This document shows, piece by piece, positions 21,401-30,748 of a stretch of 44,092 nucleotides of DNA. The translations under genes were made by a program, and so were the position numbers. Numbering within the stretch: the stretch's first letter is position 1; each line of letters begins with the position of its first letter. The DNA comes from a virus. Taxonomy: Duplodnaviria; Heunggongvirae; Uroviricota; Caudoviricetes. The notes under the pieces are model-generated. The model did not search any database. It saw only the letters and a list, made by a program, of their open reading frames with translations, and had not been told where the DNA came from. The stretch covers positions 64,001 to 108,092 of the IMG/VR virus record IMGVR_UViG_3300044825_003843. The stretch is one strand, 5' to 3'.

Positions 21401-22645
21401 AATAGTATTAGTCGGAGTTATTGTGTTAGTCGGAGTTATAGATGGTGTAATACTATTAGTTGGTGTTATTGTGTTAGTAGGTGTTATTGTATTGGTAGGT
21501 GTAATTGTGTTAGTGGGTGTTATTGATGGCGTAGCTGTGTTAGTAGGAGTGATTGTGTTGGTTGGAGTTATCGTATTAGTCGGAGTTATAGTATTAGTCG
21601 GAGTTATAGTATTAGTAGGAGTTATAGTATTAGTAGGAGTAAGAGTATTTGTAGAAGTTACTGTAGGAGTATTAGACCTAGTTGGTGGAGGGAATGTCTC
21701 AGTTGGAGTAATTGTAACAGTAGTTGTTGGTGTTAATGTATTAGTTGGAGTAATTGTGTTGGTTGGAGTTATTGTGTTGGTTGGTGTTATAGATGGTGTT
21801 ACTGTATTTGTAGCTGTTATTGTATTTGTAGGTGTTATTGTATTAGTTGGTGTCTGTGTATTGGTCGGACTGTTAGTATTAGTTGGGCTTATAGATGGTG
21901 TAATTGATAATGTTATTGTTGTAGTAGGTGTTAGAGTTTGGGTGGCGGTAATAGTTGGTGTTTGAGTAATAGAGGTTGTTGGGGTTTGTGATGGTGTCAA
22001 AGTTTGAGTAGGAGTTGCTGTTTGTGGAGGCGTTCCGGTTGGTGAAGGTGTTTGAGTATTTGTTGTCGTTGGAGTTGGTGATGGTGTTTGTGTTGGACTA
22101 CTTGTCTGCGTTGGAGTAAGGGTTATAGTGGTTGTTGGTGTTGCAGTATTGGTTGGTGTTATTGATGGCGTTACTGTATTAGTTGGGGTTATTGTGTTAG
22201 TTGGTGTGATTGTAGGTGTTATTGTATTTGTTGGTGTTGGAGTTCTTGTAAAACAAGGAGGTAAAGGACTTATCGGTAGTGTTCTTGTAGGAGTTGCAGT
22301 ATTTGTTGGTGTGACCGGTATTGTGGTGCTTGGACTTGGGGTTATTGTCGGGGTGTTTGTTGCAGTTACTGACGGTGTTGTTGTCGGAGTATCGAATGGT
22401 GTTGCGGTGACAGTTGGTGTCGGCGTCTCTGTTACGTAAACCCATTGCAAAAATTCACAAGCGTCATTATCTACTATTTTTATTATAAAATTATTGTCAG
22501 CATATGGTGGGGGTACTGTGAAAGAAATCGGAAATGTAGTTGCTGAAGTAACAAATACACAGTTAGCACTAAAAGAATCACAATAGTATATATCTACCGG
22601 GGTATTTGCTGTTACTGATTGTATTGTTACTAATTCTGAAGCCAT
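18431..22645 (-). CDS. Mucin-like putative virion protein (about 1404 aa): small Cys domain, about 1200-aa [10 protein letters not shown] stalk, short C-terminal beta domain
   Basis: Start moved from 22678 to the ATG at 22645 (MASELV...), which overlaps the upstream stop as TAATG. Confidence 0.8.
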   Translation of the reverse strand: MASELVTIQSVTANTPVDIYYCDSFSANCVFVTSATTFPISFTVPPPYADNNFIIKIVDNDACEFLQWVYVTETPTPTVTATPFDTPTTTPSVTATNTPTITPSPSTTIPVTPTNTATPTRTLPISPLPPCFTRTPTPTNTITPTITPTNTITPTNTVTPSITPTNTATPTTTITLTPTQTSSPTQTPSPTPTTTNTQTPSPTGTPPQTATPTQTLTPSQTPTTSITQTPTITATQTLTPTTTITLSITPSISPTNTNSPTNTQTPTNTITPTNTITATNTVTPSITPTNTITPTNTITPTNTLTPTTTVTITPTETFPPPTRSNTPTVTSTNTLTPTNTITPTNTITPTNTITPTNTITPTNTITPTNTATPSITPTNTITPTNTITPTNTITPTNSITPSITPTNTITPTNTITPTNTITPTNTITPSITPTNTVTNTPTETFPPPTRSNTPTITPTNSVTPSITPTNTITPTNTITPSITPTNTITPTNTITPTNTITPSITPTNTITPTNTITPTNTITPSITPTNTITPTNTITPTNTITPTNTITPTNTITPTNTITPSITPTNTITPTNTITPTNTITPSITPTNTITPTNTITPTNTITPSITPTNTITPTNTITPTNTITPTNTITPTNTITPTNTITPSITPTNTITPTNTITPTNTVTASITPTNTITPTNTITPTNSVTPSITPTNTITPTNTITPTNTITPTNTITPTNTITPTNTITPSITPTNTVTNTPTETFPPPTRSNTPTITPTNTVTPSITPTNTITPTNTITPTNTITPSITPTNTNTPTNTITPTNTITPSITPTNTITPTNTTTPTNTTTPSITPTNTITPTNTITPSITPTNTITPTNTITPSITPTNTITPTNTITPTNTTTPSITPTNTITPTNTTTPSITPTNTLTPTNTLTPSITPTNTITPTNTITPSITPTNTITPTNTITPTNTLTPSITPTNTITPTNSVTPSITPTNTITPTNTVTPSITPTNTITPTNTVTPTNTVTPSITPTNTITPTNTVTPTNTVTPSITPTNTITPTNTITPTRTATPSITPTNTITPTNTVTPSITPTNTITPTNTITPTNTVTPSITPTNTITPTNTITPTNTITPTNTVTPSITPTNTITPTNTITPSITPTNTITPTNTITPTNTITPSITPTNTITPTRTATPSITPTNTITPTNTRTPNPTRTNTPTPTLTRTATPTITPSITPTETAPPPTRTNTPTTTTTPTITPTNTVTPSITPTNTTTVTPTETAPPPTRSNTPTITPTTTITPTVTQTPFLDIYISVCVEPVPQFNGSEWLITFNGYADATPGAYGTNSVNVLTQIEIGIDYETIETGPGNFTQVFIPANGSKDFSTLSTGPDDFLLSASIIYINPTSYLSQNYLNGGLTDAGACA
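18790..22432 (-). repeat. Degenerate TPTNTI / TPSI coding tandem repeat
   Basis: Seen directly; contains three FPPPTRSN and two APPPTR cassettes. Boundaries are approximate. Confidence 0.95.
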
Positions 22646-22869
22646 TAGATTACTGTTGTTACTCCTGTTATTGAACAATTGTTAAAATCAATCGCCTTTA
22701 TCATATATGATGTTCCTGTATTATAAGGTTCTGGTATATCAAACACATAAGGAAATTCTGAAGCAGTTATAGTATTAATATAAAAACAAGAATCCCCCGT
22801 CGGTTGACAAACATAAATATCAAATGGTGTTTGTCCTGTTATATTATTTATTGTTGCCTGTATTGCCAT
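22645..22869 (-). CDS. Small Cys-containing protein (74 aa), paralogue of the N-terminal domain of the downstream gene
   Basis: TGATG and TAATG 1-nt overlaps at both ends; shares the TI..(I/V)T..TP.DIY.C......C.......FP..F..P.PY......IK..D...C pattern with MASELV... Confidence 0.8.
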   Translation of the reverse strand: MAIQATINNITGQTPFDIYVCQPTGDSCFYINTITASEFPYVFDIPEPYNTGTSYMIKAIDFNNCSITGVTTVI

Positions 22870-25800
22870 CAGTATTGACTTAATGGTGATTTAGTTACTG
22901 TTGATGGTGTTATCGACAAAACAGAGAATACTGTTTTGGTAACAGCCGAACAATTTCCGTCCAAAGGACATTGCTCTAAATTATAGGAAGTGAAGTTTTG
23001 TGTTACAAACGAACTACCAGCAGGTATTGTGATGAAAATTGTTTCATAATTTGTTCCCGAGCAATCGGTAACTTCTAAACTTACTTGGACAGTTATATCA
23101 ACCGTAGTTATTGTTTGTGTGCCATCGGAATTGAAATTTGTTACTCTCAGAGTGGTCTCCGATTTACTATATCCACCACAAAAGTCTGGTTGTCCTGTAA
23201 CGAAACCATCATTATTTATCGTAATTTGAGAAGTTGTAGTTGGGATTCCATTGATACATTCAGAACAATTGGAATAAATCAATGTTCCGATACTTGTAAA
23301 ATAATTTCCATTCCAACTTGTCGCAACTACATTAATAGGTGGAACATAGCTTGAAACAAACGCTCCAAGATATGTCCAACAATTACCCACACTATCTTTG
23401 AATCTCTCATTCACTCGTATACTTGGTAATTGTGTTGTTTGAATTATTTGATTATTCAAATATGGATTGATTTGTAGTGGTTGACAACTTTCATAAACAT
23501 AAACGAAGGTCATAGGACTTGAAGTTAATGTTGGTGTTATTGATGGAGTCGGTGTTATACTAGCAGTTACCGATGGTGTTGGTGTTACGCTAGCCGTTAC
23601 CGATGGTGTCACACTTTGTGTAAGTCCCGGTGTCTTAGTTATTGTAGGTGTCACTGAAATTGATGGAGTAATTGTTGGTGTAATCGTCGGTGTAGGTGTA
23701 GTCGTTGTTGTTGGTGTAATTGATGGCGTTGGTGTTGGACTTGGTATATTTGAACATTCTGCATAAGTACCATAAATTCCAAAAATACTTTGAACAGAGC
23801 TGTTCGATGATAGATTGGAATCATTTCTTAAATAAGTTACACATAGATTTTGTCCGTTTATTGTTGCTGCTATAGTAATTCCAACAACAATTGGAGTATC
23901 ATTGAATATTAATGGGTCTGAAGTGTAGTACTCTGTTCCTGTTGACTCATCTAACAATACTTTTACAGATGCACAAATGAATTGGTTTTGTATAATTTCA
24001 AATGTTGCAGAGCCCGAGAAGGTCACGGGAATTGTTGGTGTAATCGTAGGAGTTGGTGTCGGTGTAACATTTGAACTCGGCGTATAAGCACTTAGAGAAA
24101 AATCAATACCAACCGAGTTACAATATTGTCCTGAAGGAGTTGGTGTTGGGGTCAATGTCATTGCGCTGAGTGAAAAACCAACAACGTCACAGGATATGGC
24201 TGTAGATGGTGTCGGCGTAATCTGACAATCGAAATACGCATTGAAATCGAGAATATCGCAATCAACAGGTGGTGTTGGAGGAGGTAAACAAGCTCCAACA
24301 GTGAAAACATTTCCGTCTAAGTCAGGACAGGTAGAACGGCAAGGATAAGCCCCCCTGATAATACAAGGACCTCCCAAATATGTACTTAAACACCAACTTG
24401 TTCCATTGAAGAATATAATTCCGTATTGTGTTCCTCCCCCTTCATAATATGGGTAACAATTATAGTAACCTCCGTACCACGTATAATTTCCAGTGAGTGC
24501 AGACAAACTATCTAATCCTGTATCTAAACAATAAACAAAATTTTCACATGTAAAAAATGTAGAATTCGTTGGTGTTGGTGTCGGTGATACTGCCGGTGTA
24601 GGTGGCGGAACACAACTTTCACAATTATTCGATATTGGCCCTTGTAAATATGGACCACCAGGCCCTGAAAATTCTTCGAAGTAATAACATTCTCCGTTAT
24701 AAACATATGTCCCACCAGGGAATGCGGTATCTTCATCTATCAACGCATAAAAAACAGTGCCGGTTCCACATTTCAAAAGAAGCGCCGCTCTTCTCCCTAC
24801 TCTTGGGCAAATCGTTTCCGCACAATCGAAAATTTCCGTAAAAGTAACCCCAACCGCATTGAATAGAGGGCCGGTATTTGTATTTGCTGTGTATGTTGCA
24901 CATCCTTCAAACTCAGTGCTTCCCGTTATAAAATATACGGAACCCAACGTCAAAGATTGAAGTGGTCCTGCAAATCTAAAAATAATTCCACTGTCACAAT
25001 CAATAAACTGAACAACAATTCCTGGAGGTGCAGGTGTTTGAGTTACAGAAGGAGTAAGTGTGGGTGTTGTAGTTGGTGTTGATGTAATCGTAGGTGTTGG
25101 TGACTCGGTTGGAGTAGATGTTTGAGTAGGTGTCGGTGTTTCAGTATTAGTTGGTGTAATTGTAGGTGTCGGTGTTTCAGTATTAGTTGGTGTAATTGTA
25201 GGTGTCGGTGTTTCAGTATTAGTTGGTGTAATTGTAGGTGTAGGTGTTTCAGTATTAGTTGGTGTAATTGTAGGTGTAGGTGTTTCAGTATTAGTTGGTG
25301 TAATTGTAGGTGTAGGTGTTTCAGTATTAGTTGGTGTTAAAGTATTAGTTGGTGTAATTGTAGGTGTAGGTGTTTCAGTATTAGTTGGTGTAATTGTAGA
25401 TGTAGGTGTTTCAGTAGGTGTCGGTGTTTCAGTAGTTGTAGGAGTTTGTGTTGGGGTAATGGTTGGTGTTTCTGTCAATGTTGGTGTTGGTGTTTGTGAG
25501 GCTCCTTCGCTTGGGGTATTGGTCTGAGTTGGTGTATTAGTTGGAGTTTCAGTTGGAGTTGGAGTTTCAGTTGAAGTTATAGTTGGGGTTGGGGTTGGTG
25601 TGAGTGATAATGGTCCACAATAGCTTCCACAAATACTAACGTCCGCAATACTCCAACTTATACAATCAGTGGTTTGTCCAGGAGAACAGTAAATATCATT
25701 AGTATATAGAGAATCCTCAATTGCACAATTAATGATTGACTGTTGTCCACCTGGTCCTCCTGGTGCGGAATGAGAGTTTAATACACCATCACAATCGAGA

Positions 25801-26225
25801 TAGTAAACAGTTTTAGTTGAACTATAAAAGTTTATAACCTCGTACTGTCTACAAGAAACACATCCTGTTGATGGTGATATTGTTACAGTGGGTGTTGGTG
25901 TTGGTGTTGGGGTCTCACCAGGTCCTCCTCCTCCTGTTGTTGAGGTAGGCGTTTGGGTGGGTGTTGAAGTTGCTTGAGGTGTTGGTGTCACACACCCAAA
26001 ACACGGCTCATTACTTTGTGTTACGTTGATACAATCAATGGTTGTATTATCACAAGCATTCCCGAAAAAAAAGATACTGTTTTCCGCAGCACAAGGAATA
26101 TTAGTTTGTTGTCCATTACCCGGAGCAGATATTGAAGATGGGGTGTCATCACATGCAGTATAAAAAATAGTAACCGCACTTGAATAATAATTGACTATTT
26201 CATATGTATAACAACATAACGCCAT
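22869..26225 (-). CDS. Cys-rich multidomain putative virion protein with Thr-Pro linkers (1118 aa)
   Basis: Long ORF with many Cys, a duplicated N-terminal module (C..YE(I/V).N.YSS....Y..CD...SAPG...Q...I.CA.E.S) and TPT tracts. Confidence 0.8.
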   Translation of the reverse strand: MALCCYTYEIVNYYSSAVTIFYTACDDTPSSISAPGNGQQTNIPCAAENSIFFFGNACDNTTIDCINVTQSNEPCFGCVTPTPQATSTPTQTPTSTTGGGGPGETPTPTPTPTVTISPSTGCVSCRQYEVINFYSSTKTVYYLDCDGVLNSHSAPGGPGGQQSIINCAIEDSLYTNDIYCSPGQTTDCISWSIADVSICGSYCGPLSLTPTPTPTITSTETPTPTETPTNTPTQTNTPSEGASQTPTPTLTETPTITPTQTPTTTETPTPTETPTSTITPTNTETPTPTITPTNTLTPTNTETPTPTITPTNTETPTPTITPTNTETPTPTITPTNTETPTPTITPTNTETPTPTITPTNTETPTPTQTSTPTESPTPTITSTPTTTPTLTPSVTQTPAPPGIVVQFIDCDSGIIFRFAGPLQSLTLGSVYFITGSTEFEGCATYTANTNTGPLFNAVGVTFTEIFDCAETICPRVGRRAALLLKCGTGTVFYALIDEDTAFPGGTYVYNGECYYFEEFSGPGGPYLQGPISNNCESCVPPPTPAVSPTPTPTNSTFFTCENFVYCLDTGLDSLSALTGNYTWYGGYYNCYPYYEGGGTQYGIIFFNGTSWCLSTYLGGPCIIRGAYPCRSTCPDLDGNVFTVGACLPPPTPPVDCDILDFNAYFDCQITPTPSTAISCDVVGFSLSAMTLTPTPTPSGQYCNSVGIDFSLSAYTPSSNVTPTPTPTITPTIPVTFSGSATFEIIQNQFICASVKVLLDESTGTEYYTSDPLIFNDTPIVVGITIAATINGQNLCVTYLRNDSNLSSNSSVQSIFGIYGTYAECSNIPSPTPTPSITPTTTTTPTPTITPTITPSISVTPTITKTPGLTQSVTPSVTASVTPTPSVTASITPTPSITPTLTSSPMTFVYVYESCQPLQINPYLNNQIIQTTQLPSIRVNERFKDSVGNCWTYLGAFVSSYVPPINVVATSWNGNYFTSIGTLIYSNCSECINGIPTTTSQITINNDGFVTGQPDFCGGYSKSETTLRVTNFNSDGTQTITTVDITVQVSLEVTDCSGTNYETIFITIPAGSSFVTQNFTSYNLEQCPLDGNCSAVTKTVFSVLSITPSTVTKSPLSQY
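25126..25398 (-). repeat. Near-perfect 36-nt tandem repeat ([12 protein letters not shown]), about 7 copies
   Basis: Unit GTAGGTGT(C/A)GGTGTTTCAGTATTAGTTGGTGTAATT read directly from the sequence. Confidence 0.9.
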
Positions 26226-26243
26226 TAATAGTATTTCTTTTCA

Positions 26244-26250
26244 ATAAATA
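26244..26250 (-). promoter_or_regulatory. TATTTAT motif, putative phage late promoter
   Basis: CTTGTTATTTAT on the coding strand, 18 nt before the ATG at 26225. Confidence 0.5.
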
Positions 26251-26333
26251 ACAAGAATTTTAGTTTTATTAGAAATAATACATATTATTTCAGAATATTA
26301 AACGAGATTGAAACTTACTTTCGATTTATATTA

Positions 26334-28208
26334 TTAATAGATAAAGTAAGGTGGGGGGTTTACCCACGAAGTATTACCAGCAATTCCACTCGCACCAGAA
26401 ACTTTTTGCGATAATTTGTTAGATGGTTCTCCTTCAGTTGAAACGTAAATTACTTGGAAACCTAAATTATATATTAACAAATCATAGGTCATACCATATA
26501 CATCACCCAAGTAACTGAACATTCCCCTTATATTGTTTAAGTCTGTGTAACTTGTTCCAGTATATCCACTGAGATTAAGTTCAGTTATTGTATTTCCTGA
26601 TGCATCAAACAAAGTTGCATAACTTATACTATTTCCTGTATTAATATATGTCAAAGCATATTGGTTTGTTATTGGGTCATACAAAACATCCCCATTTACG
26701 ATACAGTTAGGACATTCTCCCGATAAAGAAAATACCAATTCTGAGGTAGAGGCCGATAAGTTCAATCTGTAAACACTATTTGTTGCAATTAGTAGTGTAT
26801 TATCATCAACAGCAGTCATGCCTGAGCCTACTAAACTTGGGAAAGAATATGTTGTATCAAAAGTTACCGAGAACGGTACCTTAACATAATCATAAGAATA
26901 GATGTAACCCAAAGTATCATTAATGAAGATTTTATTATCAGTAATACCAATATTCAAACTTGTTCCTGATGTTGCGGCACTGAACAAATAACCGATAAGA
27001 TTTGTATCAGGATTGTATCTATAAATTGAGTTATCAGTACTATCGATGAACATAGTATCCCCACTATTGAAAATAGGAATTGATGTTGGAGTTGGTGTGA
27101 TTGTTGGAGTAGGCGTTAAAGTTAATGTAGGTGTAATTGTTGGAGTAACAGTAGGGGTTATTGATGGTGTTGGAGTTGGAGTTGGTGGTGTGACTGAGAA
27201 TCTTGGTGACTGAGCAACCAAATTCAAGAATATTTCTTGAATGTCCAAAGCAAAATCATAAACATAAACATTCGATATTAACCCGTCGAAATATTCAGAA
27301 GAGGAAATATTTCCAACGCCCACAGTTAAGTTGGAAATAGTTGTGACATTGTGAGATGACCCTGGTTGGTCTGAGCCAACTAAGATTCCATCCAAATATA
27401 TTTTTCTATCAGTTCCGTCGAAAGTTGCAACTATATTGTGCCATGCACCAGTACTAACAGCAACTGTCGCTGTTAAATCATTACCTTGCCACGAATTAAC
27501 TATTCCTGTTGAAGTTAGTTTAAGGATGTTGGCCTGATTTGTACCAGAATAGTTACCCCACGAAATAATTACCTTATTACCTAATGTAGTCGGTTTTACC
27601 CAAGTTGTGATTGTATATTCATCATTACCATTCGGTATATCAGTAACCGCCGAAAAACTGACATAAGAGTTTCCTGACGATGAAAATGAAAGTGAACCAC
27701 TTGCATCTGAATTGTAAGATACGTTATTTAATAATCCGTGATTGTTTTTACCTGATAAGTCGTCCCATTTTGTTCCAACTAATGGATAGGATAATGTATA
27801 GCCAGCATCCAAATATAAAGTTAATCCTTCAGATACTAATGTAGAACAGAATATATTTTGAATACCATATTTACCCTCCGATTCTAACCATCCCACAGCA
27901 TCTTCTATAGTTGTAAATCGAGGTTGCCCAAATCTATCTGGTAAACCGTTTATAAGTCCAACAAGTAAAGAATCTGTCTTAGCTGAAGTACCCCAAAAAA
28001 TTGGGTAGGAATTCGCCTCAGTCGTCAACCCTTGGGAATAACTATCTGAGACTATTACATAACCTATTATTGGTGTATAAGCGTACCATCCCGTTTTCAC
28101 AGTAGGTCCATAGTCTACGTCAGCAACACCGTAAGACATCTGATTTTTCTTCAAAGAGAAATTCAGTGTCGTACCACTATTATAATGAACAGGATTGGTT
28201 GCTGGCAT
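26334..28208 (-). CDS. LamG/concanavalin A-like domain protein with Thr-Pro linker and C-terminal beta-propeller-like domain (624 aa)
   Basis: GLTLYLDAG...Y...GTKW.DLSGKNNHG.L, YTITTWVKP, WHNIVATFDGT.RKIYLDG, YFDGLISNVYVYD.AL are LamG_3 motifs. Confidence 0.85.
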   Translation of the reverse strand: MPATNPVHYNSGTTLNFSLKKNQMSYGVADVDYGPTVKTGWYAYTPIIGYVIVSDSYSQGLTTEANSYPIFWGTSAKTDSLLVGLINGLPDRFGQPRFTTIEDAVGWLESEGKYGIQNIFCSTLVSEGLTLYLDAGYTLSYPLVGTKWDDLSGKNNHGLLNNVSYNSDASGSLSFSSSGNSYVSFSAVTDIPNGNDEYTITTWVKPTTLGNKVIISWGNYSGTNQANILKLTSTGIVNSWQGNDLTATVAVSTGAWHNIVATFDGTDRKIYLDGILVGSDQPGSSHNVTTISNLTVGVGNISSSEYFDGLISNVYVYDFALDIQEIFLNLVAQSPRFSVTPPTPTPTPSITPTVTPTITPTLTLTPTPTITPTPTSIPIFNSGDTMFIDSTDNSIYRYNPDTNLIGYLFSAATSGTSLNIGITDNKIFINDTLGYIYSYDYVKVPFSVTFDTTYSFPSLVGSGMTAVDDNTLLIATNSVYRLNLSASTSELVFSLSGECPNCIVNGDVLYDPITNQYALTYINTGNSISYATLFDASGNTITELNLSGYTGTSYTDLNNIRGMFSYLGDVYGMTYDLLIYNLGFQVIYVSTEGEPSNKLSQKVSGASGIAGNTSWVNPPPYFIY

Positions 28209-28390
28209 TATTTATTTTTTCTAGAATTCTTTGATTCTTTTATTTTATAGATTTTTAACAATCTCAAAGAGTCCAAATAATGCTTTTCCAACTTATCCAA
28301 TTCTTCAATTGGTAACCCCGATTCGCAAGCACGATTGTATTGCTCCTCCGCTTCTTGAATAATACTTTTGATTGTTTTCAGAAGTTTCAT
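28208..28390 (-). CDS. Small helical hypothetical protein (60 aa)
   Basis: TAATG coupling to the LamG gene; TATTTAT motif 5 nt upstream. Confidence 0.7.
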   Translation of the reverse strand: MKLLKTIKSIIQEAEEQYNRACESGLPIEELDKLEKHYLDSLRLLKIYKIKESKNSRKNK

Positions 28391-28395
28391 ATCAT

Positions 28396-28420
28396 ATAAA
28401 TATGAATACTCACATAAATA
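28396..28420 (-). promoter_or_regulatory. Two tandem TATTTAT motifs, putative phage late promoter(s)
   Basis: ATAAATA on the plus strand at 28396-28402 and 28414-28420, within a 40-nt intergenic gap. Confidence 0.5.
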
Positions 28421-28430
28421 ATACGGGAAC

Positions 28431-29273
28431 TTATGTCCTTGATATCATTGAAATTCCATCTGATGAATGATGTGTGAAGTTATTCTCTTTTATCCAATTA
28501 GTAATTAACTCTTTATCTTCTTCACTCAAATTGAAATCCTCATATATTATAAAGTTAGGAATATTTTCTTTTGTCAAACTCAAAATAAGTTTTACATCCA
28601 ATCCTTCAACATCCATGTGAATCCAATCTAAATTCCCACCAATAGATTTAATTAACTCATTTAATGATATAGAGTTTTTAACTGATGAATTAACTTCTTC
28701 CGTTTCCCAACTTCTTATCACCCTTTCAACTACGGAGTTTGTGTACCCCCTACCTCCCTCAAAAAATTCTACCTCACCTCCGTTAGGTGTAATAATTTCT
28801 TTTATTAAAGTAATTCCTGTTCTACCTTTGTAATTTTTTTCTAATTTTTCATATTGTTTGTCTGAAGCCTCAACCAAATAAACATCACTCATAAAATTCC
28901 TAACCAAAGGAACCCATTCGCCAAATTCACCATCATGTGTTCCTATCGCCAATCCTTTTGGGGTTTTCCCTGAATTAACTAATCCTTTACAGTACAACCA
29001 TAAAGATTTATAAAATATGGAACCATGTTGAAAAATATCCCAATGATACTTAGTAACAAATTTATTTTGATTATCTAATATGATGACATCATAGATTTCG
29101 TTTTGTCCAAATTTTGCCCACATGTTTTCATACAGCTTGGTAGACCAAACAACCTCTTTTGAAATTGCTTGTTTAATCTGAATCGTTAAGGGTAATTGGT
29201 CTTCTTTAAATACTTTTTTAAGTTCTCCTGTGGTTACTACTATTTTTCCACCACTATAGTCAATATTAATCAT
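28431..29273 (-). CDS. FkbM-like SAM-dependent methyltransferase with an extra N-terminal beta domain (280 aa)
   Basis: IGTHDGEFG (variant motif I), VYLVEAS, V...SLNEL, DWIHMDVEGLD...L, FIIYE. Confidence 0.75.
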   Translation of the reverse strand: MINIDYSGGKIVVTTGELKKVFKEDQLPLTIQIKQAISKEVVWSTKLYENMWAKFGQNEIYDVIILDNQNKFVTKYHWDIFQHGSIFYKSLWLYCKGLVNSGKTPKGLAIGTHDGEFGEWVPLVRNFMSDVYLVEASDKQYEKLEKNYKGRTGITLIKEIITPNGGEVEFFEGGRGYTNSVVERVIRSWETEEVNSSVKNSISLNELIKSIGGNLDWIHMDVEGLDVKLILSLTKENIPNFIIYEDFNLSEEDKELITNWIKENNFTHHSSDGISMISRT

Positions 29274-29815
29274 AAATGCTTATCAATAAATTCATCTATT
29301 TTATCTGACCACATTAACATAGCTTCAGTTTTGATTCTATCTTCAGTCCAATCCCACCATTTGATTTTTAATAATGAGTCAATCTGTCTTTCATTGAATC
29401 TGTACTTAACTATCTTAGCCGGATTTCCAACAACAATTGCGTATGGTGGTATATCTTTAGTGACAACCGAATTTGCACCAACAACACTTCCGTTATGGAT
29501 TTTTACTCCTGACATTATTGTAGATTTTGCACCAATCCATACATCGTTTTCAATTATAATATCACCCTTACATGAAGGATGTCCCATATTCATATGTAAG
29601 TTTGCTATTTCAGGAGTAACGGGTCCCCATAATTGTGAGCTTGTTGTTATCCAATCAGGTCTGTGATTTGCATGTAAGAAAAAATTACAATCCCTACCTA
29701 TAGAGTTGTATTTACCAAGATGAATGTGAAAATCATCACTCCAACTTATAATATTAACATTTCTGTCGAAGTAAGTTCCTCTGTCAGCGTGCCAAAGATG
29801 TAAATTTTCAATCAT
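29270..29815 (-). CDS. CatB/Vat-related hexapeptide O-acetyltransferase (181 aa)
   Basis: LGKYNSIG, ANH..DW, KGDIIIENDVWIG..STIMSGVKI..GSVVGANSVVTKDIPPYAIVVGNPAK..KYRF, LLKIKWWDW; ATGA overlap with the downstream gene. Confidence 0.9.
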   Translation of the reverse strand: MIENLHLWHADRGTYFDRNVNIISWSDDFHIHLGKYNSIGRDCNFFLHANHRPDWITTSSQLWGPVTPEIANLHMNMGHPSCKGDIIIENDVWIGAKSTIMSGVKIHNGSVVGANSVVTKDIPPYAIVVGNPAKIVKYRFNERQIDSLLKIKWWDWTEDRIKTEAMLMWSDKIDEFIDKHL

Positions 29816-29816
29816 T

Positions 29817-30743
29817 TTAAATCTTTTCTAAAGTATTATGTTTAATTTTTTCCAAAATTTGAGAAATGTCATGAACTTCATTTTGATATTTTAGTTTGAC
29901 TTTTTTTAAGTTAATTTTGTTGAACCCTAAATTAATTATATCTAAATTATTTATAGTATACTCCGTCTCTTTATCTTGGATAATCAAAGAAACTTTTTGT
30001 TCATTCATATTATCGTAAAATAATAATTTAATTGGTTCGAGTGTCTCATCGTTTTTTTCAATAAAAAATTTCAAACCCTTTATTGGTGAAAAATTAAAAA
30101 AATCGTGTTCCTGATAATAGTAAATTTCATCTTCAACAGGAGTTTGTTCAATAGTATAATTTAATATTTTTTCTTTATTGTGTAACCAAACGAAAGCGTC
30201 CGCACCTCTGAGTTCGATATAACTTTCTTTAGTTATTTTTGACGCAAAATTTTGTAGATTTTCCTTGTTGAAAATCATGTAATGAAGCCCGACATCCCAA
30301 ATCTTATTTTGTCTTTTTGACGGATAAACTGAGTTTGTTTTATCCGAATAAAATCCAGAGATGACATTATCGTCAATTTTCAAATCGTATATGATGTGAA
30401 AGAACTGTTCATATCCTAAATTGAGTGAAATTTCACTAAGTTGTTTCACTTGATAAAGTCCTGCAAATCCATAATCAGGATTAGTGGCTGCAATTTTATA
30501 GTTTGACATTTCGGAAGATAGTATTCTCCAATGATACATTGACCTCTCGGGCCATTCTAACACCAAATTATCTTTAGTCAGAAAAAAATAATCACATAAG
30601 TCAACTATTTGTTTTTCCAAATAAAAGGGACTAATTAAAACCACGTCAATATTGTGACTTTTGATTGTTCTAATATTTTTTTCTAATACTTCAAGTTTTT
30701 TTTTGGTATCACAAAACGAACTTATTAGGGCTACTTTCCTCAT
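29817..30743 (-). CDS. Hypothetical protein, possibly glycan-processing; paralogue of 31360-32322 (308 aa)
   Basis: Shares an N-terminal Rossmann-like strand-helix pattern and a LGYE....F.YD..I motif with the 320-aa gene. Confidence 0.7.
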   Translation of the reverse strand: MRKVALISSFCDTKKKLEVLEKNIRTIKSHNIDVVLISPFYLEKQIVDLCDYFFLTKDNLVLEWPERSMYHWRILSSEMSNYKIAATNPDYGFAGLYQVKQLSEISLNLGYEQFFHIIYDLKIDDNVISGFYSDKTNSVYPSKRQNKIWDVGLHYMIFNKENLQNFASKITKESYIELRGADAFVWLHNKEKILNYTIEQTPVEDEIYYYQEHDFFNFSPIKGLKFFIEKNDETLEPIKLLFYDNMNEQKVSLIIQDKETEYTINNLDIINLGFNKINLKKVKLKYQNEVHDISQILEKIKHNTLEKI

Positions 30744-30748
30744 TTATA

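Noticed and set aside
18774-21965. 1063-aa plus-strand hydrophobic ORF (VGVIVLVGV...) and similar ORFs at 14092-17016 and 22128-22439
   Set aside because: Antisense shadows of the TPT repeats. A stop in this frame requires a Tyr/His/Gln codon on the real strand, and these are nearly absent from the stalks, so the frame is open automatically.
22646-22678. Start of the 1415-aa ORF at 22678
   Set aside because: It would overlap the upstream gene by 34 nt; the ATG at 22645 forms a TAATG coupling and aligns with the paralogous domain start.
22645-22871. Programmed frameshift or read-through fusing the three coupled genes
   Set aside because: No slippery heptamer or stimulatory structure seen at the junctions; ordinary termination-reinitiation explains the overlaps.
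13820-25398. CRISPR array or diversity-generating retroelement suggested by the repeats
   Set aside because: Repeats are in-frame coding units with wobble variation and no unique spacers; there is no cas or reverse transcriptase gene and no adenine-specific TR/VR pair.
26272-26291. Inverted repeat GAAATAATA-CA-TATTATTTC in the 108-nt intergenic gap
   Set aside because: Almost purely A/T stem with low stability and no clear U-tract; plausible by chance, so not called a terminator or operator.
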